Program-made: the position numbers and the translations under genes
Notes under the pieces: generated by a model
Seen by the model: the letters and a program-made list of their open reading frames with translations, nothing else
What the model was told of the DNA's origin: nothing
Databases searched by the model: none
NCBI GenBank assembly: GCA_965203805.1
Contig: OZ241917.1
Coordinates: 4,608,001-4,672,000, forward strand
Reading direction: 5' to 3'
Source: Candidatus Latescibacterota bacterium
Lineage (GTDB): Bacteria > Latescibacterota > UBA2968 > GCA-2709665
Length of the DNA stretch: 64,000 nt
Part shown: positions 19,701 to 28,997 of the stretch, in pieces
How positions within the stretch are numbered: the first letter of the stretch is position 1
How the letters are laid out: each line of letters opens with the position of its first letter

Positions 19701-19940
19701 TCCCGGCGTGGTCCTGATCGTGCACAGGCTGATGATACGCTCTTCATTTTCCGTGACGATGGCCCCCAGCAGGTTGCTCTCCCTGATGCTTCGCTCCTGC
19801 TCCTCGGGACTCGTCTGCCAGCCGCCTCCTCCAGGCCAGCCCACGTCGGCTTCCATCTCGAGCATGGCGAGTTTCCGGGCGTCCCCTTCCCGCCAGTCCT
19901 CCACGAGGTTTCTGGTTTTATGGAGCAACGGCTCCTCCAT
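16773..19940 (-). CDS. large N-terminal GNAT acetyltransferase with beta-rich C-terminal domains
   Basis: LNCHPDYHGKKHGK (acetyl-CoA motif A) and LYTWPGN..AVPLYKKMGF (motif B). Confidence 0.8.
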   Translation of the reverse strand: MEEPLLHKTRNLVEDWREGDARKLAMLEMEADVGWPGGGGWQTSPEEQERSIRESNLLGAIVTENEERIISLCTIRTTPGQKAQAFIPHLNCHPDYHGKKHGKSALWGAMDRAYEAGCRKVDLYTWPGNLQAVPLYKKMGFMWRPDSSVHMENFTPAARRHPLAAAFFARHDWYDTQVRELRTEEDVMTRGRVKVYEYEWRAPDGDLLRLVFDRQSWGIIEIETGDLMASCSLPDEKLVAGVPHAVRWRIENRKPQPARVFLAASGDPGVNVDTREALDVSDAVEIEGTFVIDPGIEEKTREPKAAVLRTDLAIDDVGIELAAGIAARQAVDVSLDVVRSILTPGKRQEAKLTLRSNLDEACTARLRVAPAGGVDIVAGEQQVMLDPKGGAELAVPVTAPGAGPGAIDVETTASVDSKDIPVKTKRLDLLAVEPGGVSAGVGADGALLCGGGLMVSASLRSGELYIFHTLRALRARRLKLQTPRLGPPFSGGDLFQEKAEARVERDGFGVVLRLRTPSVLRPGVWLERNVRVGQGPLVGVQDTVINGTSLPLDLSASQSWWMQMGRIASLVVPGRQGVARQAFGSGGRDLDDLRLSEEAEAWPEGWFCVEREDGCATGILWDRAERVSPGPWGSLRTRAVRVKPGESRSLDPVNVFAGDGNRETVRAWWRTMFGSVPETETSAAPTRRPIECRIEPRPLIVAGERADATLRLDHVGRHTLDGELIVEPSVGLSADVTDVDVTGLCESNPVDQKVAFRPTGRTRPGANEIGVRFETEEAVYRFREKALILPGDSGRVTVSRLEKGRVILVDNGILAVKVAPSFLGSVISLRREGVEYLNSPYPDAEPRAWMNPWHGGISPEYERLEDTLYKERFRYRVIERKGRQGLVWSGVRVYCRIAQEHARGQSISLDYLLAPGADVLAVLVTCRDELGIGTDGDVGFEIWPAFAASPGTATFHNATDESVSTLAAPHWTSGGNWKWGGLVGKNGEALFLSAAGEGARAAGFALGEVGCFLNGNLERWMGPGERIQGLFFLLPTTGLEAARAGAIWSEFEELP

Positions 19941-19975
19941 TCATTTGTTTCAGGCGCGGCTGTCTCCGTGCCCGA

Positions 19976-22309
19976 TCACTTCACCACGAAAGCCGCATCC
20001 TTTATGACCGTTTCGCCGCTGTTCACGTCCGTGACCGCCACCTGCAGCACCTGCCGTCCGGTGTTTCGTTGCCCCAGTTGCAGCGCCACGTACTCCACTT
20101 CCGAGCGTTGCGTTCCAACCAGCTCGTATGCCACCTCGACTTCCGCCCGCCGGTTTCCCCGCAGCCTCACAAGACGCGCGATATTGCCGATACCGGGTTT
20201 TCCCTCTTCACCCACGGTATAGGCCACGCGGTACCTTGTTTGCCCGAACGTGTCCCTGGCCAGATTGTAAATCTCGTAATACACATAGACGCTGTGACCC
20301 TTTCCATACGTGCGGGTCGGCATGGGTACAACGTATAGCTCTCCCTTGCTGAATTTGTCTTCCAGACTGGTCTCCGAAATGCGCCAGGCCAGTTCCAGGT
20401 CGCTCATCCGAAGACCTGTCTCCGGGTAGGCCTCCACCTGGATCGTCTGCCGGTACCGGCCGCGCCTGCCGGTGCGCCTGTCCCTCGCCTTCACTTCCAT
20501 CCGATAGTTGCCCTGCGGCACGTCCAGCCGAGCGACGTCCGGAATAAACCCATCCGACCGCTGTCCCATGTCTCCCTGTCGACGAAACCGAACGTCGCCT
20601 TCAGCGCGATACACCGACCCGGTTTTCATGTTCAACACGGCGATCGTCCTTTCAACCTCGAGCGTCGTCACGTCTTCGGCCTCCACGTATTGCGCCGCGT
20701 CCTGTGGAATTCCGACGTAGACTTCAAGTGCGGACGCTGCTTCTCCACGCCCTCGGAAGTCGGCCAGATCGTAGTAGAACTCCAGTGGATCTTCGTTCTC
20801 GGGCGGCTGGTAGTAGTTCGGCATCCGCGCGGCCGCCCGCATACTCACGTTTTTCGGACTGAACCTGTTGAACATGGCCATTCTTCGAATATCGATATCC
20901 ACGTCGACGGGTGCGGGTGCGAAGTCGAACTTCCCGGTCAGTCGCTCGTCCGTAAACGTCACCTCCATCCCGCCGCCCGCGCCGTTATAGACGTAGACCC
21001 AGCTCTCCCAAGGTACCATCGATTCGTCCGGCCGATTGGCGATCACCGGGCGGTAGGCGGGGGCCATGAATCCGCCGAAGTCATGCCCTTCGCGGATGCT
21101 GCGTACCGGAAATGCGACCAGGATGTCTCCCCAACTCGTATCCATCGGCGCGCCGTGAAGTTGCCGCGCGATCGATTCCTTTACCCGCTGGACCTCCAGA
21201 CTCTGCTGGAAATTCACCCAGTCAGACCTTGAGCGATGGTCGGGCTCGCCGAATCTTACGTATATCTCACCCCGCGTATCCCACGGCTGCTTCGCCTTGG
21301 CAAAGTGCTGCCGCGCGAACCACACGCGCCGGTAATGCTCCAATTGCCGCTCGTTGGCGGCTGTTGTCAGATCCGGGTCCCGGTCACCCCAGAACCGGGT
21401 AAGATATGCGTCCCTGTCGTGCGTCTGCGTAAAGGCCTCGTATTCGTCGGGAGAAGCCAGGAGACGGATATCCTCATACAACGCCCGTTCTGCAGGTTCA
21501 CACGCTTCGAAATATCTCTCATACGCAACCTCAGCCAGCCCAAGGGAATCCTGTGCGATGTAGGCGTTCGCGAGAACGAGCGACATTTCGATCGCATCGG
21601 GATGGTTCAGCATCTGCGTGCGCATCAGGTCGACAACGCGCGCGTGGTCGCCGGCTTTGCCGAACACCCCGGCCAGACGCAGCGTGACATCCAGATCGTC
21701 TGGCCGGAGAGACAGGTATCGCTCGTAGTGCTCCGCCGCGCGCACGTGATCTTCCTTGAATGTCTCATACCATTCACCAAGAAGCCGGTAGGCCGGCGCA
21801 AACGAGGCATCCATCCTGAGCAGCTTCTCCGCCTCGCGCCCCACGTCGTGTTCTCCCATCGCGTATCGCGCCTCGGCGATATGATACCGCGCTTCCAGGT
21901 AGTTCCGGTCGTATTGCAGCGCTTTCTTGAAGTAGTCGATCGCCGTGTACAGGCCTTTCGGTTTCTCCCGCCACACAAGGCCGAGTCCGTTGTATGCCGG
22001 AGCGTATCTGTGTTGCCGCCGCCGCGCGTCCATAAATGCCCGCTCAGCCGCCTTCAGATCGCCGGTCTTCAGACGTACGTGGCCGAGTCCGACGTAGGAC
22101 GGCGCGTGTTTCCCGTCGATTTCGATTGCAGCCCGGAATTTTACCAATGCCGCGTCCAGGCTGTCGCTATCGAGAAGGTACATTCCCTCACTGTAGAGTT
22201 TCTTAACCAGCGCCCGATCCTCAATGGACATCGACGTCGCCACGGCCTCCGTGCTAAAGAACGTCACCGCGGAAACGCCCAGGACCCACAAAACCGCTGC
22301 CGGTCTCAT
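19976..22309 (-). CDS. exported TPR + GWxTD domain protein (paralogue 3, WDTRG variant)
   Basis: Signal peptide; TPRs (APSYVGLG, APAYNGLG); FWGDRDPD...NERQLEHYRRV...PWDTRGEIYVRFGEPD; shared C-terminal YYEIYNL domain. Confidence 0.85.
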   Translation of the reverse strand: MRPAAVLWVLGVSAVTFFSTEAVATSMSIEDRALVKKLYSEGMYLLDSDSLDAALVKFRAAIEIDGKHAPSYVGLGHVRLKTGDLKAAERAFMDARRRQHRYAPAYNGLGLVWREKPKGLYTAIDYFKKALQYDRNYLEARYHIAEARYAMGEHDVGREAEKLLRMDASFAPAYRLLGEWYETFKEDHVRAAEHYERYLSLRPDDLDVTLRLAGVFGKAGDHARVVDLMRTQMLNHPDAIEMSLVLANAYIAQDSLGLAEVAYERYFEACEPAERALYEDIRLLASPDEYEAFTQTHDRDAYLTRFWGDRDPDLTTAANERQLEHYRRVWFARQHFAKAKQPWDTRGEIYVRFGEPDHRSRSDWVNFQQSLEVQRVKESIARQLHGAPMDTSWGDILVAFPVRSIREGHDFGGFMAPAYRPVIANRPDESMVPWESWVYVYNGAGGGMEVTFTDERLTGKFDFAPAPVDVDIDIRRMAMFNRFSPKNVSMRAAARMPNYYQPPENEDPLEFYYDLADFRGRGEAASALEVYVGIPQDAAQYVEAEDVTTLEVERTIAVLNMKTGSVYRAEGDVRFRRQGDMGQRSDGFIPDVARLDVPQGNYRMEVKARDRRTGRRGRYRQTIQVEAYPETGLRMSDLELAWRISETSLEDKFSKGELYVVPMPTRTYGKGHSVYVYYEIYNLARDTFGQTRYRVAYTVGEEGKPGIGNIARLVRLRGNRRAEVEVAYELVGTQRSEVEYVALQLGQRNTGRQVLQVAVTDVNSGETVIKDAAFVVK

Positions 22310-22456
22310 TTTGGTACCTCCAGGAAATAGACAGTCCTGTCGGGGATATGGAGCCGCTTAAGGTGAGCAGGTCTGGGTCTACTCTTCCGATTGGACCGGA
22401 AATAACCACAATACGGTCCGGCGGGTGTCCGCAATTTGCTACCCGCTGGTCTTCTT

Positions 22457-22488
22457 CTTTGTGTCTTTGTGTCTTCGTGTCTTTGTGT
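22457..22488. repeat. octamer tandem repeat (CTTTGTGT)x4
   Basis: ctttgtgt ctttgtgt cttcgtgt ctttgtgt; related units in reverse orientation at about 43115-43141. Confidence 0.8.
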
Positions 22489-22533
22489 GAGATGAATTCC
22501 GGCAATCTATCTCCCGATCGGATACGTCGATGC

Positions 22534-25500
22534 CTAATCCAGCACCAGTTCAACCGTCTTTTCACGCTCGGTGCGGGCGTGGTTGTCGCGGACTCTGACG
22601 GTGAGCAGAAACTCTCCGCTGCCGGCTTTGTTCAGGTCCAGCGCCAGAGATTCCCGTGTATCGGGAGAATCGCCGAAACGCTCGACCGTGACGGAAGTGG
22701 CGGGTTTTTCGCCGCTGCCGAAAATCCTGAGCAGCCGCTTGATTCCCTTCCTTTTCAGCCGGGTCAGCCCGTACGAAATATCGAACGAAGTTGTACCTCG
22801 ATCGTCGGGCGTCAGATTGTACAGCTCGAAATAGATATAAACCGGATCCTTGCGCGAAAATCGGAGAGAGGGATTGGGTACCGCATTGATTCCACGAAGG
22901 TTGAACCCATCGCTGCCTTTCGCGTCGGGCCTTATCACATGCGCGGGTACGACGCTGCTCATTTCCAGTTCCGTCTCCGAAAAGTCCGGAATTCGCACGC
23001 TCTGCTTCCAGCCCCCAAGCTGACGCCTCCGCGACGGCCGCAGGAAAAACGCCGCATGACTCGAGTCCGGGTCCGCGGAAAGCCTGAGTACGCCGAAACT
23101 CCGGTCTTCGTACCGGGACCGTTCAACCTGTGACTTTCGTACGTGTCCTGTAAGGTTCTCAAACCGGTTCCATTGCATGTCGTGCAGCGTCAGGCCGTAC
23201 TCGTAGATGGAAGACGTATCCGGCAGCGAGCCGTAGTCCTTATCCAGCGCTTTAAAGGGCATTCCATAATACAGCTCGACGTCCTCCCTGCCCGATTCGC
23301 CCTTGAAGAATGCCAGGTAGGACTCGTAGTCCAACGCATCCACGTCGTCCACCCATGAGTGCCGGTCCGTCTTGAGACCCATTTTTACGGAAGCGCGCGC
23401 TTCGCGTCTGGATTTCTCATTCTCCCACCGCAACCGCCGTCCATAATTCCCCGATCCTGAAAGGGACTCCACCAGCCGCCAGTTCGAACCCATACTGCTG
23501 GGTGTGGCGACAAAGTTGAACACCATCTTCGGGAATTCATCCGTCTTCCAGTAGTGCCAGATTTCTGCCATTGAGAACTTCTGCGTATCCGACGGACGGC
23601 CGTGCCGTATGTATACGAGTCCCGGATCGTTGAACCGGTCGTTCAACTCGATTGTACTCGGATACGGAATCTTGTCGTCTTTGTCGGGATCGTAGAACCA
23701 GGTACGAAATCCGTCGTAGATGTAATACCGTTCGACATACAGGATCCGTCGATAGTGCTCCGCCAGCCGTACGTTGGGAGACACGGCCGGAGTGGGATCC
23801 CGACTCGCCCATAACTTCCGGAAGAACTCCCGATGGGCTTCCGGCGTTTCGAGTCTGGAAAACGCATCCATCTCCTCTACGGTAACGATGTATTTGACGT
23901 CTTCATACATCAGCCGCGCGTCCAGCGAGTCCCGGATGTTCTCAACTGCCTTGTTGTAATGGCCCTCTCCGGCCTCCAGGTCATCGCGTCCGTAGGCAAT
24001 GCGCGCCAGCGAGAGGTAGGCCGGTATGACGCTCAACGAAGGATGCGACGCGATCCAGGTACGCAGCACCGTGTCTGCGCGGGCCGTTCGCCCGGCGAGA
24101 CGCAGGGCCTCGCCCTCGAAATAACGCGCGTATTCCGAACCATGCCTGCGCATCCATTTCAGTGCATCCTCCGGGTCCATATTATCCAGGAGATACAGGT
24201 ACAATCGTCGCAACCTGCGCCGATGCACGAGTTCGCCCGGCTTGATCCGCACCTGGTTTTCACCCAACTTGATCGCTTTGACAAATGCCTTGTCATAGCG
24301 TTTGAGTACTGCAAACTGATACAGCGCGTCACGGTATTGCGGCGCCTTATCCACGAGTTGTCTGAAGAACCGTTCCGATCGCCGCCAACTCAGCCACTGC
24401 ATCACGGTCGCCTGGTATTTCCCGGCTTCCCGGTGCGCGACTGCCAGTCGATAGAGTGCTTCCGAATTGTCCGGATTCTGCTTCAGAATCCGCGCTGACC
24501 ATTTCTTCTGGTCCCCCCAGTTCTCCTCCGCCATCGCCACGTCGCTCAACGCCATCAGCGCCGGAGGTGACTCCGGCGCCCGCTTCAGCGCCCGTTTCAG
24601 GTAATATTTGGCGTCCTCCCAGGCGTCCTGCCGCAAATATGTCCTTCCCAACCCCACGAAGGCCGGCGCATACCCATCGTCCTCCGAAATCGCATCTTCG
24701 AATTGCTGCTTCGCCTCGTCCAGTCTGCCCGCCGCCAGCAGCCCCATCCCCTGGTTGTACGCCGCCGGCCCGTCGGGGTCTGCCGCCAGCGCCGCTGCGG
24801 ATGCCGGGGGTCCGCTGACGCCCGCCGGAGAGGAACCCGGTTCCCGCATCCGTCGAGGAACGCGAAGGGACCCAAAGTCCGTTCCAGGGCCCGTCGACCG
24901 CTCGAAATCCGTGCGTCGCGTCCCCGGGTTGACGTTCAGGCGCCGCACAAGCGTGTCGCTGTCGACGAGATGGATCAGGCGGACGCCCTCCAGGTCGCGA
25001 ATCGCAACGGGTTCCGCGCGGTCCAGCAGCAGCCGTTCGGGCCGCGGCACCATCGTGGATGGAAAAACCAGCACCCCGCGCGCGGGCGGGTCCGCGGCGG
25101 CCGCCCCCGGCGGCGCGTGGGCGCCGGCCGGATCCGAGACCGAGACGACCGTTATCGGACCGATAATGCCCCCGCCGTGAGCTTCATCGAGGCCTTCTAC
25201 CGCGGCAGCAACCGCGCCGGCGCCGTACACGGACACCTCCGCCGCCACGTCTGCCGCCGTCTCCAGCGCATTTTCATCCGGCATCGCCTCACTCGCGAAT
25301 CCCGAGAACGCCGGAATATAGACCACGCGGATGGTATCGGTGTCCCAGACGTCCGCCGCCATCTGGCCGCGGGTACGATTCACCACCAGGACATTCGGCG
25401 TGGCGGGCGCCGGCATGATCAGATGGACGGGCGCGCTCCACCGCCCGGACAGGTCTTCATCCTTCGCAACGCGGTTCATGAACCCCATCAGGTTCAGGCT

Positions 25501-25875
25501 CACACGCGCGTCGATCCGGCGCATCCGGATATCGGCCAGCAGCAACCGGGTCTCATCCGCGCCGACCGAGCCCGCCTCCAGCGCCAGGTTCATCGCGTCG
25601 ACGTCCCGCTTGAGCTCCAGGAGCGACCTGCGGTTCCGGAGGCGCAGGTCCTTGAGCATCTCATCGAAGCCTTCGACGACGTAAGGTGTCGACCTGTCGG
25701 GTTTCACCGCGCGGGGAGAACCTCGCCCGTCCACCTTCAGACGAATGCTGTCCACCGGTCCACGGATTCCGCGTATACGCACATCCAGCGTATCGACCGC
25801 AGCCGTATCTGCGGCGGACAGCATCACAAGACTCAAAACGACAGGAATCACGCGTCGCATAGCCGCTATCTCCAC
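22534..25875 (-). CDS. large exported TPR + divergent GWxTD domain protein (paralogue 4; start possibly 25860)
   Basis: Signal peptide MRRVIPVV; TPRs; LWASRDPTP...NVRLAEHYRRI...DPGLVYIRHGRP; C-terminal PNP...YFELYNL domain. Confidence 0.8.
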   Translation of the reverse strand: MEIAAMRRVIPVVLSLVMLSAADTAAVDTLDVRIRGIRGPVDSIRLKVDGRGSPRAVKPDRSTPYVVEGFDEMLKDLRLRNRRSLLELKRDVDAMNLALEAGSVGADETRLLLADIRMRRIDARVSLNLMGFMNRVAKDEDLSGRWSAPVHLIMPAPATPNVLVVNRTRGQMAADVWDTDTIRVVYIPAFSGFASEAMPDENALETAADVAAEVSVYGAGAVAAAVEGLDEAHGGGIIGPITVVSVSDPAGAHAPPGAAAADPPARGVLVFPSTMVPRPERLLLDRAEPVAIRDLEGVRLIHLVDSDTLVRRLNVNPGTRRTDFERSTGPGTDFGSLRVPRRMREPGSSPAGVSGPPASAAALAADPDGPAAYNQGMGLLAAGRLDEAKQQFEDAISEDDGYAPAFVGLGRTYLRQDAWEDAKYYLKRALKRAPESPPALMALSDVAMAEENWGDQKKWSARILKQNPDNSEALYRLAVAHREAGKYQATVMQWLSWRRSERFFRQLVDKAPQYRDALYQFAVLKRYDKAFVKAIKLGENQVRIKPGELVHRRRLRRLYLYLLDNMDPEDALKWMRRHGSEYARYFEGEALRLAGRTARADTVLRTWIASHPSLSVIPAYLSLARIAYGRDDLEAGEGHYNKAVENIRDSLDARLMYEDVKYIVTVEEMDAFSRLETPEAHREFFRKLWASRDPTPAVSPNVRLAEHYRRILYVERYYIYDGFRTWFYDPDKDDKIPYPSTIELNDRFNDPGLVYIRHGRPSDTQKFSMAEIWHYWKTDEFPKMVFNFVATPSSMGSNWRLVESLSGSGNYGRRLRWENEKSRREARASVKMGLKTDRHSWVDDVDALDYESYLAFFKGESGREDVELYYGMPFKALDKDYGSLPDTSSIYEYGLTLHDMQWNRFENLTGHVRKSQVERSRYEDRSFGVLRLSADPDSSHAAFFLRPSRRRQLGGWKQSVRIPDFSETELEMSSVVPAHVIRPDAKGSDGFNLRGINAVPNPSLRFSRKDPVYIYFELYNLTPDDRGTTSFDISYGLTRLKRKGIKRLLRIFGSGEKPATSVTVERFGDSPDTRESLALDLNKAGSGEFLLTVRVRDNHARTEREKTVELVLD

Positions 25876-26339
25876 TGTTGCTCCAGTTCAGCTTCCATTT
25901 CCAGGATAGACGCCTTGATCTGCGCCAGTTCCTTCCGAACGGGCGCGGATGTTCCGTTTCCGTCGGGATGAACCGGTCCGTACATCTCCAATCCCCAGAT
26001 CGCAAGCATCAAGGCGGCGGCCACCGCCGCCGGCGCGAGCACCCCGCGGGGAATCCGGTCGGCCAGGTCCGACGGGCGCCATGGTAAGCGTCCCGGCCTC
26101 TCAGGCAGACGATCCGACAACCCGTCCCAGAAACCGGCCGGGGCCGTTTCGTTACCGACGGTCGCGGCAAAATGGCGCCGGACCGCGTCGTCGCTCCGGC
26201 GCAGTCGTTCAAAAGCCGGCGCGCAATCCGCGCACCGCGCAACGTGAGCCCGCATCGACTCTTCCTCAATCGGGGACAAATCGCCGTCCAGATAGCTGTG
26301 CATCCGCCTTCTGGTTTCACGACACGCACGACTCGGCAT
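25866..26339 (-). CDS. zinc-binding (zf-HC2/ZAS) transmembrane anti-sigma factor
   Basis: YLDGDL...HVARCADC (HxxxCxxC) plus one TM helix; directly follows the ECF sigma gene. Confidence 0.88.
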   Translation of the reverse strand: MPSRACRETRRRMHSYLDGDLSPIEEESMRAHVARCADCAPAFERLRRSDDAVRRHFAATVGNETAPAGFWDGLSDRLPERPGRLPWRPSDLADRIPRGVLAPAAVAAALMLAIWGLEMYGPVHPDGNGTSAPVRKELAQIKASILEMEAELEQQWR

Positions 26340-26362
26340 GTTGCAACCCTTTCTCGTTTCGA

Positions 26363-26941
26363 TCAATCCAACAGACCCTGTCTCTCGATCTCTTTCTGCA
26401 ATTTTTCTCTCGCGCGATACAGACGGGACTTCACCGTACCCTCAGGAATGTTGAGGATTTCCGCAACTTCACTGCATGTGAATTCCTGCAGATAGGTTAA
26501 CACCACAACCTCCTGGAGCTTAACCGGCAGCCGGGCTATCGTTGCCCGCAGGCGAATCCGCGTGTCTCGCCTGGCAAACAGGGCGTCCGGCGCTTCCGTC
26601 TCGGCGGACGCCAGACCTCCGAACCATGAAGGCGGCGTAAGGCGCTCGAGTAGCCGTCGCCGACGCCGTCGCCGCGCGTTCAATGCGGTTCGAACCGCGA
26701 TCCGGTAAAGCCAGGCCTGAAATGGAACCTGTCCCGAAAACGAACCCAGTCCCCGGTAGGTCCGAACAAGGGCGTCCTGGGCCGCTTCTTCCGCCTCTTC
26801 GCGACTGCCCAGAACCGAAAGCGCAAGGCGGAAGACAAAGTCCTGGTGGGGTTCGATCAGCCTCCGGAACGCGTCCCGATTTCCCGAAAGACACTGCTGG
26901 ATCAGGTCCCGCTCCTGGGGCATTGTGGACTCCGGCGTCAT
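26363..26941 (-). CDS. ECF sigma-70 factor (start uncertain: 26923-26995)
   Basis: AEEAAQDALV...FQAWLYRIA (region 2); EVAEILNIPEGTVKSRLYRAREKL (region 4). Confidence 0.92.
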   Translation of the reverse strand: MTPESTMPQERDLIQQCLSGNRDAFRRLIEPHQDFVFRLALSVLGSREEAEEAAQDALVRTYRGLGSFSGQVPFQAWLYRIAVRTALNARRRRRRRLLERLTPPSWFGGLASAETEAPDALFARRDTRIRLRATIARLPVKLQEVVVLTYLQEFTCSEVAEILNIPEGTVKSRLYRAREKLQKEIERQGLLD

Positions 26942-27050
26942 GGCCTTCTGAAGAATCGCTGTCGGAACGTGCATTTGAAGGTCTGCGGATAACACTTTTT
27001 TCCCCTGAACCGGCGGAGGAAGCGCTGTCTGCCAAGTCTCACATCCTGCA

Positions 27051-27078
27051 AGACACGGCTTTTGTCGAACTGGTTCGA
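27051..27078 (-). promoter_or_regulatory. possible autoregulatory ECF promoter
   Basis: Minus strand GAACCA-N17-TCT, resembling ECF (AlgU/sigmaE-like) consensus. Confidence 0.3.
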
Positions 27079-27193
27079 TAAAATTTCACCACTTTGGGCC
27101 AAAAAGCAACCATTATCGCGGGGAAGCGAAACTCACGCGATTCCCGTATGCGCAAACGAGGATGAGTCTCGCTGCCCACCGCCGAATATTCCC

Positions 27194-27222
27194 TTGACGC
27201 GTCGGGCCCGTGTCCCTACTTT
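27194..27222 (+). promoter_or_regulatory. putative sigma70 promoter
   Basis: TTGACG-17 bp-TACTTT upstream of 27299. Confidence 0.4.
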
Positions 27223-27298
27223 TTTGGTATGTCGGCGCAAGATAACGGGAATCGCGCCCGCCCTGACCCTGCTCACCATCTTCACGGAGAATTGAACC

Positions 27299-28669
27299 AT
27301 GCCGGATCTGAAATACCTCCTCGACGACCGGAAGATGCAGGAATTCATCGCCAATGGATTCATCACGATCAAGGTTGATCTTCCGCCCGGGTTCCACGAG
27401 GAAATCTTCAGGAAGACCGACGAAGTCTTCATCAAGGAAGGGAACCCCGGCAACAACGTCCTGCCGCGCATTCCCGAGATCCAGACCGTCTTCGACCAAC
27501 CCGAAGTCCGGGGCGCCTTCTCGTCGATCCTCGGGCACGACCATACCATGCACATCCACCGCCACTGCCACTTCAATACGCCCAACGGCAAGGGCGGGGG
27601 ATGGCACAAAGACAGCTACTGGGGATACTACAAGCTGCGTTACCTCCGGAACCGGTGGGCGATGGCGTTTTATTACCCGCAGGACGTGGAACTCGAGAAC
27701 GGGCCAACGGGCGTCATTCCTCACACGCACTGCTACATGGACCGCCTGAAGGACCCGGACGAGGCAGGAGTTTCCGTTTGCGGCGAAGCGGGAACGATCG
27801 CAATTGTCCACTTCGACATCTGGCACCGGGCCATGCCCAACCTGGTGGACAAGCGGCGGTATATGATGAAATTCCAGTTCACGCGCATGTCCGAGCCCAC
27901 GAAGCCGGAGTGGAACCACAACGGCGGGGCATGGAGAAACGCGGAGGTCGGAAACAGACACCCGTTCGTCTGGAACAGCATCTGGGAATGGTCGCGCGGT
28001 TCGAGCGCCAACGGTCATGCGGGCAACGTGGATGCGCTTGCGCGGACCTTGGAGGACGGCGACGAACCCACCCGGCTCAATGCGGCGTACGAGCTCGCCG
28101 CGACGGGAGAACCGGCTGTCGGACCGCTTTCGCGCGCCCTTCGATCAGCCGACGACGGCATCCGACTCCACGCCGCGTACGGACTGGCCGCCGTGGGCGA
28201 ACCAGCCGTTTCCGGTCTCGTCGCCGCACTCGGAGATGACGATGAAAAGGTGCGCGGCCACGCCGCCTTCGCGCTGGGCGACGTTGGTCCGGCGGCCGCC
28301 GGGGCCGTATCCGCGCTCGCGAAGACGTTGGGCGACCCCTCCGAATGGGTCCGCCACCACGCGGCCGAGGCCATGGGTACCATTGCCCGAAATCCGGACG
28401 AGGCCGTGCCCGCTCTGGCGAACGCACTGAAAGACGACGACGGCCAGGTCCGTTACAACGCGGCGTATTCCCTGGCGCGGTTCGGGTCGGACGCCGAAGC
28501 GGCCGTTCCGGCTCTCGGCGAAGCCCTTCAGGACGAGAATCGATACGCCTCGGGGCACGCGGCGGTGGCGCTGGAGTATATCGGCACGCCCGAGGCGCTC
28601 AACATCCTCCTGGACCACCTCAACACGGCGCGGTGGTGCCCGATTACCACACGGGAAGACCTTTACTAG
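27299..28669 (+). CDS. phytanoyl-CoA dioxygenase (PhyH) domain fused to HEAT/PBS-lyase repeats
   Basis: WHKD...GPTGVIPHTH...DIWHR; C-terminal repeats of 'VR..AA.ALG'. Confidence 0.85.
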   Translation: MPDLKYLLDDRKMQEFIANGFITIKVDLPPGFHEEIFRKTDEVFIKEGNPGNNVLPRIPEIQTVFDQPEVRGAFSSILGHDHTMHIHRHCHFNTPNGKGGGWHKDSYWGYYKLRYLRNRWAMAFYYPQDVELENGPTGVIPHTHCYMDRLKDPDEAGVSVCGEAGTIAIVHFDIWHRAMPNLVDKRRYMMKFQFTRMSEPTKPEWNHNGGAWRNAEVGNRHPFVWNSIWEWSRGSSANGHAGNVDALARTLEDGDEPTRLNAAYELAATGEPAVGPLSRALRSADDGIRLHAAYGLAAVGEPAVSGLVAALGDDDEKVRGHAAFALGDVGPAAAGAVSALAKTLGDPSEWVRHHAAEAMGTIARNPDEAVPALANALKDDDGQVRYNAAYSLARFGSDAEAAVPALGEALQDENRYASGHAAVALEYIGTPEALNILLDHLNTARWCPITTREDLY

Positions 28670-28735
28670 ATATGATCCCCGTCGGTATTCCAAAGGCGCG
28701 TTGCGGGGATGCGTTTCACATTTTAAGGACTGAAA

Positions 28736-28987
28736 GCGGTGAGACGGGAGACGGTAGACGGTAGATGACCTCTTTGCCGGATTGGTTTTTCCCTTATGCC
28801 TGCGGCAAGAGATGATACCGCACGGGGCAACAAAACCGGTGAGACGTAAGAGGGCAGACGGTAGAGGAAGACAGTTACAGCAGTGTTTCCACGCAAACCG
28901 TGCCTGTTTATTTACTGCTATCGTAACGACAAGAAAAACCATAGTGCACTCATTTTCTCTCCCTTCTTCCGTCTCACGTCTCCCCGC
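28736..28987 (+). repeat. modular MITE-like element copy A (TIR GCGGTGAGACG...CGTCTCCCCGC; modules A+B)
   Basis: Homologous copies at 30126, 43163, 48476 and 49904. Confidence 0.8.
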
Positions 28988-28997
28988 CTCTCTGACA

